Positions 26,520-36,641 of a stretch of DNA of 64,000 nucleotides are shown here, piece by piece (position 1 is the stretch's first letter; the number at the start of each line of letters is the position of its first letter). The position numbers and the translations under genes are program-made. The notes under the pieces are model-generated. The model made no database searches, had not been told where the DNA came from, and worked only from the letters and a program-made list of their open reading frames with translations. Origin of the DNA: an uncultured Eubacteriales bacterium (GTDB lineage: Bacteria; Bacillota; Clostridia; Christensenellales; CAG-138); contig CADCNE010000003.1 of the NCBI GenBank assembly GCA_902802805.1, positions 14,791 through 78,790 on the forward strand. The letters run 5' to 3'.

Positions 26520-27365
26520 ATGGTAGGCTGGGGAAAAAGGAGGGGGAAGCCGATGAACGGGGCGCCGTTGGGGCAGCACATGGCCCCGCCCAAGCGGGAT
26601 TTGGGGCGGAGCCTGTTCCTGCTGCCCGTCGACAGCATCCGACCCAACCCGGACCAGCCCCGGCGGACCTTCGACCGGGAGGAGCTGCAGGAGCTGACCA
26701 TCAGCATCGCCCAGGTGGGGCTCATCCAGCCGCTGACCGTGCGGCGGTCGGGGGCCGGGTACGAGCTCATCTCCGGGGAAAGGCGGCTTAGGGCCTGCGA
26801 GCTGCTGGGGCTGAAGGAGGTGCCCTGCATCGTGGAGGAGGCGAGCCCGGAGCAAAGCGCCCTCATGGCTCTGGTGGAGAACGTGCAGCGGGCGGACCTT
26901 AGTTTCTGGGAGGAGGCGGAGGGGTACCGGCGGCTGCTGGCGGTCTACGGGCTCAACCGGGAGGAGCTGTGCCGCCGGATCGGCAAGAGCCCGGCGTTCC
27001 TCTCCAATAAGCTGCGGCTGCTGCGGCTCTCCCCGGCGGTGCGGGCGGCGGCGGAGCAGGGGGCCTTGAGCGAGCGGCACGCCCGGTGCCTCCTGTCCCT
27101 GGACACGGAGGCAGAGCAGCTGGGACTGATCGATCGCATTACGAAGGAGGGGTGGAGCGTGCGGCAGGCGGAGGCGTACGTGGCGCGGGCCGCGCCGAAG
27201 CCGAAGCCCCTGCGGCTCCTCCGACTGACCCGGGACTGCCGGCTGTTCCTCAACGGGCTCAACACCCTCCTTGAGCAGCTCCGTCAGGCGGGCATGGGGG
27301 CCGACATGGAGACCGTGAAGCGGGAGGACGGCCTCGACGTGACCATACATGTGCGGACAAAGTGA
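26520..27365 (+). CDS. ParB/Spo0J/Noc-family DNA-binding protein with no adjacent parA
   Basis: LPVDSIRPNPDQPRRTF, GLIQPLTVR and ISGERRLRA motifs plus an HTH (ELCRRIGKSPAFLSNKLRLLRL). The start is uncertain (26520 or 26553). Confidence 0.8.
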   Translation: MVGWGKRRGKPMNGAPLGQHMAPPKRDLGRSLFLLPVDSIRPNPDQPRRTFDREELQELTISIAQVGLIQPLTVRRSGAGYELISGERRLRACELLGLKEVPCIVEEASPEQSALMALVENVQRADLSFWEEAEGYRRLLAVYGLNREELCRRIGKSPAFLSNKLRLLRLSPAVRAAAEQGALSERHARCLLSLDTEAEQLGLIDRITKEGWSVRQAEAYVARAAPKPKPLRLLRLTRDCRLFLNGLNTLLEQLRQAGMGADMETVKREDGLDVTIHVRTK

Positions 27366-27383
27366 TATAGACCTTTTTGTTTT

Positions 27384-27521
27384 GCCGCTTTTTTCTCTTC
27401 GGTGAAGAGAAAAAAGCGGCGCAAAAAAGAGAAGCTTGAGAATAATAGAGGACTATGTGCGCTGACATAGCCCTCTTCTTAAGTTCTTTTTGGTCCTTTT
27501 TCTTGTATAAGAAAAAGGATC
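27384..27521. repeat. three-hairpin intergenic module, copy B, inverted relative to copy A
   Basis: Hairpins at 27384-27420, 27447-27476 and 27492-27521. Positions 27384-27437 are the exact reverse complement of 14432-14485. Confidence 0.9.
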
Positions 27522-28014
27522 AGGCTTTCAATAAATTCCTCTTCAATTGCTTCCCTACCAATGTTCCCAAACATGCGCCCAGCAGCGCCTGCAGGGCGTT
27601 GGGCAGGACGTTCACCGCGGCCACGGGGGCGGTGAGGAGCACCGTCTCATAGAGGAAGTACCCGAGGGGCACGACCAGGCAGCAGAGGAGCGCCAGGGGC
27701 ACGGCGGCCTTCTTCACCCGAAGGAGGGCGAGACCGGCCAAAAAGGCGGTGAGGCCCTTGATGATCAGCGTCACCGGGGCGTAGATAGCCCAGCCGAGGA
27801 TCAGATCCGCCAGGGCCGCGCCCACGCCCGCGGCGAGAGCGCCCAGGCCCCCGGGGAGCAGCAGCGCGCAGAGGTACACCCCCGCGTCGCCCAGGTTCAC
27901 GTACCCGTACCCGCTGGGCAGGGGGATGGAGATCAGCGTCAGCAGCAGCGTTGCCCCGCAGAGCTGCCCCGCCAGCGCCAGACGCTTGGTTTTTTTGTCG
28001 TTCTTGTTTTCCAT
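27520..28014 (-). CDS. ECF-transporter S component-like membrane protein (substrate unknown)
   Basis: 164 aa with 5-6 hydrophobic helices. YVNLGDAGVYLCALLLPGGLG...ALADLILGWAIYAPVTLIIKGL resembles the ECF S-component family. It lies 9 nt downstream of ispE. Confidence 0.6.
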   Translation of the reverse strand: MENKNDKKTKRLALAGQLCGATLLLTLISIPLPSGYGYVNLGDAGVYLCALLLPGGLGALAAGVGAALADLILGWAIYAPVTLIIKGLTAFLAGLALLRVKKAAVPLALLCCLVVPLGYFLYETVLLTAPVAAVNVLPNALQALLGACLGTLVGKQLKRNLLKA

Positions 28015-28023
28015 ATTTCCTCC

Positions 28024-28845
28024 TCAAACACTATGGCAATATGCCGTGTAATAGTCCTCCGGGAAACCCAAAAGCGCGTTTTGCGCCTGTTCCTCACTTT
28101 CAAACAACCCGAACACCGTGGACCCGCTGCCGGTCATGGATGCGGCCAAGGCCCCCCGCGCCAGCAGGGCGGTCTTGATCTCACCGATCTCCGGCACCAG
28201 CTCCACGGCGGGCGCTTCGAGGGCGTTCTCCATATACTGAGCCGCGCCGGGAAGGTCGTTCTGCCCCAGCTTCGCCAGGCATCGGACCGTCTCCACCCTC
28301 TTCCGGGGCAGGGAAAGGCTTTGGAACAGGGCCTTGGTGGACACGCCTCGGGGCGGCTTCACCACGGCGAAATGGAGGTTCGGCCCCACCACGGGCGTCA
28401 GGACCTCCCCCACGCCCTCACATCGGCACAAGCCCCCCTGCAAACAGAAGGGCACGTCCGCGCCCACCTGGAGGGCGATCTCCGTTAGCTCCCGCTGGGT
28501 GAGCATCCGGTGGAGCCGCTGCAGCCCCCGCAGCACCGCCGCCGCGTCCGCGGACCCGCCGCCCATCCCTGCCTCCGCCGGCAGCCGCTTCTCGCAGGTG
28601 ACGAGGCACCCCTTGCCGGACCTCGTTTGGTAGAGCTTCGCCGCCCGGTACATGGTGTTCTCCCCGGGCAGGGTCGCGCCGGTGACGTGGACCTCCACAG
28701 TCTTCGCCGGCGCCACCGTCACCCGGTCATGGAGGCTCACGGTCTGCATGAGGGTGTCGAGGGCGTGGTAGCCGTCCATCCGCTTGTAGAGGACGCCCAA
28801 GGTCAGGTTCAGTTTGGCGTATGCCTTCTCTTCCACACGTTCCAT
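28024..28845 (-). CDS. ispE: 4-diphosphocytidyl-2-C-methyl-D-erythritol kinase
   Basis: AKLNLTLGVLYKRMDGYHALDTLMQTVSLHD and the GHMP motif PAEAGMGGGSADAAA. Confidence 0.9.
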   Translation of the reverse strand: MERVEEKAYAKLNLTLGVLYKRMDGYHALDTLMQTVSLHDRVTVAPAKTVEVHVTGATLPGENTMYRAAKLYQTRSGKGCLVTCEKRLPAEAGMGGGSADAAAVLRGLQRLHRMLTQRELTEIALQVGADVPFCLQGGLCRCEGVGEVLTPVVGPNLHFAVVKPPRGVSTKALFQSLSLPRKRVETVRCLAKLGQNDLPGAAQYMENALEAPAVELVPEIGEIKTALLARGALAASMTGSGSTVFGLFESEEQAQNALLGFPEDYYTAYCHSV

Positions 28846-28931
28846 GGGAAAGAGTATAGCACAAGTTTTCGCTGTGGGGTAGCGTTAGGCGAAAAGTTGT
28901 GCTATACTAATTTACTAAATTGGAGGTGTAT

Positions 28932-29720
28932 ATGCGTTTCGTGCCCCTGTGCAGCGGTTCCTCGGGGAACGCCACCTATATCGAAGCGGGCAACGCCCGG
29001 CTGCTCATCGACGCCGGGCTCTCCTGCCGTCGGATCACGGAGCTTATGACCCAGGTGGGGGCGGACCCCCGGGCCCTGGACGCCATCTTCGTGACCCACG
29101 AGCACATCGACCACATCCGGGGCATCAGCGTCCTTTCGAGGAAGTATCACATCCCCGTCTACGCCAACGCGGACACCTGGGCCGCCATGGAAACGGCCCT
29201 CGCGGGGGTGTACCCCTCGGAGCGGTGCGTGTTCGAGAGCGACCGGGATTTGTACCTGGGCAGGCTCCGCATCTACCCCTTCACCACGCCCCACGACGCG
29301 GCCCATTCCGTTGGCTTCACCTTCTTCGACGGGGAGAACAAGTGCGGCGTCTGTACTGACCTCGGCCACGTGGACAAGCGGATCATCGACGTCCTCTCCG
29401 GCTGTTCGGTGCTGCTCCTCGAGGCGAACCACGACGTGGACATGCTCATGGCGGGCCCCTACCCCTACTCGCTGAAGCAGCGCATCCTCTCCGGCCGAGG
29501 GCACCTCTGCAACGAGGACTGCGGCAAGGCGGCAGCCCAGCTCTATGAAAAGGGCGTTAAGCACCTCATTTTGGGCCACCTGTCGGCGGAGAACAACTTC
29601 CCGCCCCTGGCCGTGGCCACGGTCCGGGGGGTCCTCCGGGACTGCGGCATCCCCGACGAGGGCATGAGCATCGCCCTCGCCCAGCGCAGCGAGCCTACGG
29701 GCATCTTCGAGGTCGCATGA
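28932..29720 (+). CDS. MBL-fold metallo-hydrolase (YycJ/WalJ-like)
   Basis: GGAGG RBS at 28922-28926. MRFVPLCSGSSGNATYIE and the HEHIDH motif. Confidence 0.85.
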   Translation: MRFVPLCSGSSGNATYIEAGNARLLIDAGLSCRRITELMTQVGADPRALDAIFVTHEHIDHIRGISVLSRKYHIPVYANADTWAAMETALAGVYPSERCVFESDRDLYLGRLRIYPFTTPHDAAHSVGFTFFDGENKCGVCTDLGHVDKRIIDVLSGCSVLLLEANHDVDMLMAGPYPYSLKQRILSGRGHLCNEDCGKAAAQLYEKGVKHLILGHLSAENNFPPLAVATVRGVLRDCGIPDEGMSIALAQRSEPTGIFEVA

Positions 29721-30193
29721 ACATCACCGTTTTAGCCGTGGGCAAGCTGAAGGATCGGTTCTTCGAGGAAGGCTGTGCTGAATACGGGAAGCGGCTCGCC
29801 CGATACTGCGCCCTCACCGTCCGGGAGGCGGCGGACGAGAAGGCCCCGGAAAATCTGTCCCCCGCCCAGGAGGAGCAGGTGAAGGAAAGGGAGGGGAAGC
29901 GGCTCCTTGCCATGCTGGACCAAAAGGACCACGTGATCGCCCTGACGGTCACCGGCAGGACCTACACCTCCGAGGGCCTGGCGGCGCGGATCGGACAGCT
30001 GCGGGACCAGGGGAGGAACGTGAGCTTTCTCATCGGCGGCTCCCTGGGCCTTTCCGGGGAGGCCGTGGCCCGGGCGGACGAGGAGCTGAGCCTGTCGAAG
30101 CTGACGCTGCCCCATCGCCTCGCCCGACTGGTGCTGTTAGAACAGCTCTATCGGAGCTTTAAGATACTGAATCACGAGACCTACCATAAATGA
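29717..30193 (+). CDS. rlmH: 23S rRNA (pseudouridine1915-N3)-methyltransferase
   Basis: 158 aa SPOUT fold. MNITVLAVGKLKDRFFEEGCAEYGKRL...IGGSLGL...LTLPHRLARLVLLEQLYR. ATGA overlap with the upstream gene. Confidence 0.9.
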   Translation: MNITVLAVGKLKDRFFEEGCAEYGKRLARYCALTVREAADEKAPENLSPAQEEQVKEREGKRLLAMLDQKDHVIALTVTGRTYTSEGLAARIGQLRDQGRNVSFLIGGSLGLSGEAVARADEELSLSKLTLPHRLARLVLLEQLYRSFKILNHETYHK

Positions 30194-30212
30194 CGGAAAA
30201 GGAGACACGATC

Positions 30213-32195
30213 ATGAAAAAAACCATCTCCCTGCTGCTGGCGATCCTGATGCTGCTGGGTCTTGCGGCCTGCATCCAGGTCCCCGGCTGGAAGATCAGTC
30301 AGGACCCCACGGCCCCCGCGGCGACCGCCGAGCCGGTGGTCACGGCGGAACCCACCGCCGAACCCACCGCGGAACCGACGGCGGAACCCACGACCGAGCC
30401 CACCGCCGAACCCACGGCGGAGCCCACAGCGGAGCCTACTGCGGAACCGACGGCGGAGCCCACGGCCGAGCCCACAGCGGAGCCTACCGCTGAACCTACG
30501 GCGGAGCCCATCGCTGAGATCCCCGCCGAGCCGAAGCAGGACACCTGGGCGGACATCGACATGGACTTCTTTAGGGAATTCATTTCCAGCGATATCACCA
30601 CGTTGCACCAGCTGGTGAAGGATCCCGCCGTGTACGGCATCGACTACGACAGCGTGGAGCGGACATTGGGCACCTACCAGGAGGACGAGAACCGGGAGTG
30701 GTACGTCTTTGAGGAGGGGATCCTGGCGCGGATGGACGCCCTCGACGAGAGCACCCTGTCCGATCAGGACAAGCTGGCCTACGACACCCTGCGCCAGTAC
30801 ATCCTTTGGGATCTCAGGGGCGAAGAATTCTACGGCTACTACGAGCCCCTGAGCCCCTACACCGGCATCCAGGCGGACCTGCCCCTGGTCTTCTGGTTCT
30901 ACGAGCTCAACAACAAACAGGACGTGGAGGACTATCTCGTGCTCCTCGCCGACGTGCCCCGGTTCTTTGAGGACCTGCTCCAGTACGAACAGTATCGGGC
31001 CGAGAAGCTGGGCATCTTCATGATCGAAGCGAACCTGAAGCTGGTCATCGAGGACCTGGACGAGATTATCAACGCCAAGGACACCATCTTCCTGATCCCC
31101 CTGTTCGACGAGAGCATCGAAAAGGTGGAGGGCCTTACCGAAGAGGAGATCCAGGCCTATAAGGAGCGGAACGTGTCCCTGCTCACCAACGAATTCCACC
31201 AGGCCTTCGTGGACCTGAAGGCGGGCCTCGAAGCCCTGCGGCCCTACTGCCGGGAGGAGCTGGGGGTCAAGGAAACGGGGGACGAGAAGTACCTCAGGTG
31301 GTTCGAGTACATGCTCGAGGACAGCTGCGGCGACGCGCTCTCCCCGGACGAGGTCGCAAAGCTGCTGAAGAACTCCTATAAGGAGTGTACGACCCGCATG
31401 CGCCAGTCCACCCAGAAGGGCGGGAACTATCCCAGCAAGTTCTCCCTGGGCACCGTGGAGGAGAACGTGGCGTACCTGAGGAGCATCCTGGACCCCTGGC
31501 TGCCCGAGCTGCCCGAGGTGAACGTGCGGTACGAGGAGGTGGCGGAGGAGCTCAAGGAGGTGGCCTCCCCGGCCTTCTTCCTGATCCCCGCCTTCGACGA
31601 CTGGCAGAACAACATGATCGGCCTCAACGACCCCCAGTCCGCCGGCAACCTGCTGTCCACCCTGGCCCATGAGGGCTTCGACGGACACCTCTACCAGTAC
31701 GTGTACCATCGGTCCATGCCGGGTCTGAGCCTCTCTCAGCAGCTGCTGGAGACCACCTCCTATGCCGAGGCCTGGAGCCAGTATTCCGAGTATCTGCTGT
31801 CCTCCAAGGCGGATTCAAGGATCAAGATCTACGACATGCGGACCTACCAGGCGTACAGCCAGATGGCCACGGAGCTGCTGGGGTATCTGAGCATCCGGGT
31901 CAACCTCTATGGAGACAGCTTCGGCACAGCCTATCAGATGTTCAGCACGTACTTCGGCTATTCCGACGACATGTTCAAGGGCGAGATCTACGAGCCCTTC
32001 ATCATCGGCCATCCCTTCTACTACATGCCCTATGCCTACGGCTACGCCCGGCTCACCAGCCTGGTGTCCGCCGCCCGCAAGACCATGGGCGACCGGTTCG
32101 ACGAGAAGGCCTTCTACGCCCAGTACATGAGCTACGGCCCCTCCTACTTCAACCTGCTGGCGGAGCGGTTGGATCAGTGGGCCAAGGGGCAGTGA
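30213..32195 (+). CDS. DUF885-family lipoprotein with an N-terminal TAEP repeat linker
   Basis: Lipobox LGLAAC, about 17 TAEP-type tetrapeptides, and a DUF885-like body including LAHEGFDGHLYQ. Confidence 0.8.
   Translation: MKKTISLLLAILMLLGLAACIQVPGWKISQDPTAPAATAEPVVTAEPTAEPTAEPTAEPTTEPTAEPTAEPTAEPTAEPTAEPTAEPTAEPTAEPTAEPIAEIPAEPKQDTWADIDMDFFREFISSDITTLHQLVKDPAVYGIDYDSVERTLGTYQEDENREWYVFEEGILARMDALDESTLSDQDKLAYDTLRQYILWDLRGEEFYGYYEPLSPYTGIQADLPLVFWFYELNNKQDVEDYLVLLADVPRFFEDLLQYEQYRAEKLGIFMIEANLKLVIEDLDEIINAKDTIFLIPLFDESIEKVEGLTEEEIQAYKERNVSLLTNEFHQAFVDLKAGLEALRPYCREELGVKETGDEKYLRWFEYMLEDSCGDALSPDEVAKLLKNSYKECTTRMRQSTQKGGNYPSKFSLGTVEENVAYLRSILDPWLPELPEVNVRYEEVAEELKEVASPAFFLIPAFDDWQNNMIGLNDPQSAGNLLSTLAHEGFDGHLYQYVYHRSMPGLSLSQQLLETTSYAEAWSQYSEYLLSSKADSRIKIYDMRTYQAYSQMATELLGYLSIRVNLYGDSFGTAYQMFSTYFGYSDDMFKGEIYEPFIIGHPFYYMPYAYGYARLTSLVSAARKTMGDRFDEKAFYAQYMSYGPSYFNLLAERLDQWAKGQ
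30324..30533 (+). repeat. in-frame 12-nt tandem repeat encoding (T/I)AEP units with scrambled synonymous codons
   Basis: The protein reads TAEPVVTAEPTAEPTAEP...TAEPIAEIPAEP. The nucleotide copies differ mainly at third positions. Confidence 0.9.
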
Positions 32196-32199
32196 TCGC

Positions 32200-33426
32200 A
32201 TGAAAGGGGATCCCATGAACAGGAGAGGAATACTGGCGGCGCTCATGATCCTGTCGCTGTTGGTCCTGGCCTGCGCCAAACCCCAGCAGCAGGCGGAGGC
32301 GTTGGAGCCCACCGCCGGCCCCACGGCCGAGCCCACCGAGGCGCCCGCGACGCCCGCCCCCACGGCGGCGGAGCCGGTGTCGCTGACGGTGCCGCCTACG
32401 GCGGAGCCCACCCCGGAGCCCACGCCGGTCCCCACGCAGGAGCCCACGCCTTCGCCGGTGCCCACCGACACGCCGACCCCGTCGCCCACGCCGACGCCCA
32501 CAGCGACGCCGGAGCCCCAGGCGGCCTTTACGGAGGAGTTCGTGCTGCTGGAGCCCGGGAAGAAGGGCACCGTCACGCTGAACAACAGCTCCCTGGCCGC
32601 CGGAACGGCGGTGGAGATCCGGCTGACGGACGGGACCGTGGTCGGCTCCGGCAAGCTCAGGGCCGGGAAGAACGACCTTGGGGTGACTTTGCCGGAGGGA
32701 TCGCCGGTGCGCACCACGCTCCTTCTATACACGGCGGGGCAGGAATACCCCGTGCACACCAAGGACGTGGCCGTGATGGACAAGAGCTATGAGCCCACGC
32801 TGGGGAACTACGACCGGGAAGACAAGATGGTGGCCCTTACCTTCGACTGCGCCTACGGGGAGCAGAACACGGACTGGCTCCTCGATACCCTGCGGGAATA
32901 CGGCATCCACGTGACCTTCTTCATGACGGGGAACTGGGTGTCGAACCACGGTCCCTGGATCGAGAAGATGCTGGCCGACGGCCATGAGATCGGCAACCAC
33001 ACCCAGAACCACCTGAGGCTGTCCGAGCAGTCCAACCGGGTGATCGTTCGCGAGGTCACCCAGGTGAGCCAGGCCCTCTGGGAGAACCACCACTACATCA
33101 CCCACCTGCTGCGGCCGCCCTACGGCGGACGGAACGTCCGGGTGAACTCCGTGATCCGGTACCTGGGCTACGAAGTGATCATGTGGGGCCAGACGGGTAA
33201 GGACGCCACCGATGGCTGGACCGGCGACGCCATCCGCAAGCTGGTCATTAAGGAGGCCCAGCCCGGGGACATCATCCTCTTCCACAACGGGGCCAACACC
33301 ATGCACGTGTACCTGAAGCCCATCATCGAGGAGTTTTTGAGCCGGGGCTGGACCTTCGGCACCGTGTCCGAGCTCATGGGCTGGGATTGGTCCGACGCCC
33401 CCTTGCCGGAGGGCGTGGGCGACTGA
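32200..33426 (+). CDS. polysaccharide deacetylase (NodB homology) lipoprotein with a PT-rich linker
   Basis: Lipobox LVLAC, a P/T/E-rich tract (about 32290-32525), and NodB motifs ALTFDCAY and GHEIGNHTQNH. Confidence 0.85.
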   Translation: MKGDPMNRRGILAALMILSLLVLACAKPQQQAEALEPTAGPTAEPTEAPATPAPTAAEPVSLTVPPTAEPTPEPTPVPTQEPTPSPVPTDTPTPSPTPTPTATPEPQAAFTEEFVLLEPGKKGTVTLNNSSLAAGTAVEIRLTDGTVVGSGKLRAGKNDLGVTLPEGSPVRTTLLLYTAGQEYPVHTKDVAVMDKSYEPTLGNYDREDKMVALTFDCAYGEQNTDWLLDTLREYGIHVTFFMTGNWVSNHGPWIEKMLADGHEIGNHTQNHLRLSEQSNRVIVREVTQVSQALWENHHYITHLLRPPYGGRNVRVNSVIRYLGYEVIMWGQTGKDATDGWTGDAIRKLVIKEAQPGDIILFHNGANTMHVYLKPIIEEFLSRGWTFGTVSELMGWDWSDAPLPEGVGD

Positions 33427-33442
33427 GGATAAAAACATACGG

Positions 33443-33480
33443 AAAAAAAGACCTGCGGGTTTTCCCGCAGGTCTTTTGCT
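33443..33480. terminator. bidirectional rho-independent terminator between convergent genes
   Basis: Stem aaaagacctgcggg/cccgcaggtctttt with loop tttt, an A-run on the left and a T-run on the right. Confidence 0.85.
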
Positions 33481-33498
33481 TTGGATACAGTCGAATCG

Positions 33499-36048
33499 TC
33501 ACTCCTCCGTCCCGAAGGTGCCGACGAGAGGCGAATAGCCCCAGGCCAGGCCCTCGGGCAGGCGGCGCTGCTTGAGATCGACGATGGCCCCGGTGCCGGC
33601 CTCGTCCCCATGGTGGTTCAGCTTCACGCCCATGAAGCAGATGGAGGTGGAGATGCCGCCGTCCAGGTTGAAGGCCTCCACGCAGCCCTCCTTGAGCAGC
33701 AGCTCCGCCAGCTCCTTGAGCCTAAAGCCGATGCTGTAGCCCGGCTGGCGGCCGTCCGCCACGATGACCACGTAGTGGCCCGGCTCCACCATGCCGATGG
33801 CGCAGCGGGGGTTCCGCTGGGTGGTCTGGGTGGCGCCGGAGGAGATCTGCCCCTCCATGATGAGGTCGGAGCCCCGGGGGAAGGAGAACACGTCCTGGGC
33901 GCCGCTTTCCCAGACGGTCACGGCGTCCGTGGTCCGCTTGTCCAGGACCTTAAAGGTCATGGTGTCAGGGTAGTAGGCCATGGCGTTGGAGGCCCGGGTC
34001 TTGCTGAAGATGCGGCCGTCCCGGATGAGGATGCCCTTGGAGCCGGCCTCGCCCTGCAGGTTGTCGCCGGTGAACCAGAGGACGCTCTTGTATTTCAGGG
34101 CCATCTCCTGGGGCCAGCAGCGGTCGAGGCCGTTCTTCCGGTCGGAGGCGAAGGTGGGGTAGAAGCTGTCGCAGTCCCGGGTGTACACGTGGGCCACGAA
34201 GTAGGTGACGGGCTGGTCCTTCTCCCGGCCCTCGTTGGGCACCCGATAGACGTGCCGATGGATCTCCACGCTCAGGATGTCTGAGCGGTAGACCCAGTTG
34301 CCGCCCTCGCTGTCGAAGGTCTCCACCTTCTCTTCCTCCCCGTAGGACAGGAAGGGGTAGGGGTCCGGCGTGGGCGTGGGCGTCGGGGTAGGCGTCGGTG
34401 TGGGCGTGGGCGTGGGCGACGGGGTGGGCGTGGGCGTGGGAGACGGCGTCGGGGTGGGCGTCGGCGTGGGCGACGGGGTGGGCGTCGCCGTTGGCGTAGG
34501 CGTGGGCACCGGCGGCGGAACGGCCACGAACCGCAGATATGAGAAGGCGGCGGCCGCCAGAACGGACAGCAGGAGGGTCCCGATCATCACCGGCAGGAAG
34601 GGCACCGCCTTTCCTTTGGCCCGAAGGAGCACCGTGGTGAGCCCGCCCAGGGCGGACAGGACCAGCAGCGCCAGCAGGCCCGTCTCCAGCCAGCCCTTAT
34701 AGGGCAGCACGGCCACCTGCTGCGTCAGGGTGGGCGTGGGGGAAGGCGTGGGCGTGGGCGACGGCGTGGGGGTCGGCGTAGGCGTGGGCGTGGGGGTCGG
34801 CGTAGGCGTGGGCGTCGGCGTAGGCGTCGGCGTGGGCGTGGGGGTCGGCGTGGGGACCGGGGACGGGGTGGGCGTGGGCGAGGCGTAGGAGAGCAGGGCG
34901 TCGGTCTGCAGGTTCTCCAGCAGGTCCGTGTTCCCCTGATCCTCCTCTACCGCGGAATACATCAGGGTGAACCGGCCCTCCTGGGGCAGGGTGCGCTTCA
35001 GATACTGGCGGGAGGCCAGATGCCGGTAGGCGGCCGCGGCGGCCTCGCAGACCGGCTCGTAGCTGACCACGGCCGCGCCCTCGGGATCGGACACGTACAG
35101 CTTCTGGACCTGGTGAGGCTGGCCCATCTCGAGGTACATGGTCTCATCGGCGGCCGCGGTCACGGCCTCCCCGATCCGGCTGGCGGCATAGGCGCTGCGC
35201 TGGTCCTCGTCCCCGCCGGCGGCGCAGACGATGATCTGGGGCCGGAGCGTGCGGATCAGCCGGACCAGGTACGCTTCCAGGGCCCGGTCCGTCCAGCACT
35301 TCTGCACGTCGGCGAATTCGGTATAGTCGTGGTCCACAAAGCCGCCCAGGAAGGGGGCTTCGGTATAGCCCAGGGACCAGAGGGCCGTCAGGGCCTCCCC
35401 CAGGGGGCGGGGGTCCCCGGCCTCCTTGATCTGAAATAGGGCGCTGTCCTCGTTGAGGAAGCAGAAGGCGGTCGTGAGTTCATATTTGTTCAGGTACAGG
35501 GGGGCGAAGCCGCCCAGCTCCTCGAAGAGGGCCTGGGGCTGGCCCAGGAACACCAGCATGTCCGCCTGGGCCATGGGCTCGCCGTACCGGGGCAGGTCCG
35601 CGGGCAGGTCCCCGTCGAAGACCCGCAGGGTGCTGATGGTGCCGGTGTCGGGGGTGGACAGGATGGCTTTGCGGCAGGCCGGGTCCAGCTCGTATCGTTC
35701 AAAGGGGGTCCGGGGCGCCACGGTCGTGGTCCGGATCAGCTTGTCCTCCCCATCCAGCTCATCTACCGTCAGGGCGTTGGGCCGGGCGAACCAGGTCACG
35801 TACAGGGAGGGCCGGCGGCAGGCGGGCAGGGCCACGGAAAGCTCCTTCTTCGCCCGAAGGGTGAGCCGGGTCAGCAGGCTCCCGTCCGTGAGCCGTTCCG
35901 CCGGCACGTCCTCCGGCAGGTCATAGGCGCACTGGTCGGTGATCTCTCCCGCCCCGCCGTCGGCCGAAGCGGTCAAGACCAGGGGCCAGGGCAGCAGGAC
36001 CAGGGCCAAAATAAAACATATGAACGCTTTTTTCACGTGGTTTTTCAT
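33499..36048 (-). CDS. phosphodiester glycosidase (NAGPA-like) family protein with a central membrane hairpin flanked by two PT linkers
   Basis: The ATG at 36048 gives [29 protein letters not shown] (signal peptide). The C-terminal domain carries [14 protein letters not shown]. Two TM helices lie between the PT tracts. Confidence 0.8.
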   Translation of the reverse strand: MKNHVKKAFICFILALVLLPWPLVLTASADGGAGEITDQCAYDLPEDVPAERLTDGSLLTRLTLRAKKELSVALPACRRPSLYVTWFARPNALTVDELDGEDKLIRTTTVAPRTPFERYELDPACRKAILSTPDTGTISTLRVFDGDLPADLPRYGEPMAQADMLVFLGQPQALFEELGGFAPLYLNKYELTTAFCFLNEDSALFQIKEAGDPRPLGEALTALWSLGYTEAPFLGGFVDHDYTEFADVQKCWTDRALEAYLVRLIRTLRPQIIVCAAGGDEDQRSAYAASRIGEAVTAAADETMYLEMGQPHQVQKLYVSDPEGAAVVSYEPVCEAAAAAYRHLASRQYLKRTLPQEGRFTLMYSAVEEDQGNTDLLENLQTDALLSYASPTPTPSPVPTPTPTPTPTPTPTPTPTPTPTPTPTPTPTPSPTPTPSPTPTLTQQVAVLPYKGWLETGLLALLVLSALGGLTTVLLRAKGKAVPFLPVMIGTLLLSVLAAAAFSYLRFVAVPPPVPTPTPTATPTPSPTPTPTPTPSPTPTPTPSPTPTPTPTPTPTPTPTPDPYPFLSYGEEEKVETFDSEGGNWVYRSDILSVEIHRHVYRVPNEGREKDQPVTYFVAHVYTRDCDSFYPTFASDRKNGLDRCWPQEMALKYKSVLWFTGDNLQGEAGSKGILIRDGRIFSKTRASNAMAYYPDTMTFKVLDKRTTDAVTVWESGAQDVFSFPRGSDLIMEGQISSGATQTTQRNPRCAIGMVEPGHYVVIVADGRQPGYSIGFRLKELAELLLKEGCVEAFNLDGGISTSICFMGVKLNHHGDEAGTGAIVDLKQRRLPEGLAWGYSPLVGTFGTEE
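34362..34517 (-). repeat. PT-dipeptide low-complexity tract 2 (coding)
   Basis: Encodes [22 protein letters not shown]...TPTPDPYP. Confidence 0.9.
34729..34884 (-). repeat. PT-dipeptide low-complexity tract 1 (coding)
   Basis: Encodes [18 protein letters not shown]...[14 protein letters not shown]. Confidence 0.9.
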
Positions 36049-36097
36049 ATTGAATCCAGCATAGCACACAAGCCCCCGCCGCGCAACCCAAAAAGTG

Positions 36098-36631
36098 TCA
36101 GTACAGGGTATAGGTGCGGATGAATCGGGCTATGTCCGCGCCGCTCTCCATGTACCGGAGCAGGATCTGGGCGCAGGCCATGCTGTCGCTGTCGGCCCGG
36201 TGGTGGGCAAGATCGATGCTGTAATAGGCGCACATATCGTTGAGCCGGTGGCTGATGCCGGGCAGGAGCCGCCGCCCCATGAGCACGGTGCAGAGGCCCC
36301 GGACCTGGGGCCGCCACGCTATGCCGTAGCTTTGCAGGCACTTCTTCAGCACGCCCATATCGAAGGGCGCGTTGTGGGCCACCAGCACCCCGGAGCTCAT
36401 CAGAGGCTCGATCCGTTCCCACAGCTCCGGGAAGGTGGGGGCGCCCGCCACGGCCTCGCTGTCGATGCCGGTGAGCTGGGTGTTGAACCAGTCGAAGGGC
36501 TGCTCCGGGTCCACCAGGGAGTAGAAGCTGTCCACGATCCGCCCGTCCTCCACCACGGCGATGCCGATGGCGCTCATGCGGCTGTTGAACCGGTTCGGCG
36601 TCTCCACGTCGAAGGCGATGTAGCGATCCAT
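36098..36631 (-). CDS. DEDDh-type 3'-5' exonuclease (DnaQ/RNase T-like)
   Basis: Exo I FDVET, Exo II AHNAPFD and Exo III HHRADSD; 177 aa. The start lies 10 nt after the stop of the MmeI-like gene. Confidence 0.85.
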   Translation of the reverse strand: MDRYIAFDVETPNRFNSRMSAIGIAVVEDGRIVDSFYSLVDPEQPFDWFNTQLTGIDSEAVAGAPTFPELWERIEPLMSSGVLVAHNAPFDMGVLKKCLQSYGIAWRPQVRGLCTVLMGRRLLPGISHRLNDMCAYYSIDLAHHRADSDSMACAQILLRYMESGADIARFIRTYTLY

Positions 36632-36641
36632 AATCCCGGTC

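Noticed and set aside
26201-26866. 221-aa ORF containing the ferredoxin.
   Set aside because: Only the last 56 codons, from the ATG at 26371 (preceded by a GGAGG-type RBS, minus strand aaggaggtaatcagt), look like a gene. The upstream part overlaps the ParB-like gene on the other strand and has no coding character.
26372-27520. Search for a parS site (TGTTTCACGTGAAACA-like) or a parA partner next to the ParB-like gene.
   Set aside because: I saw no 16-bp parS-like palindrome and no Walker-type ParA gene nearby, so I make no partition-system claim.
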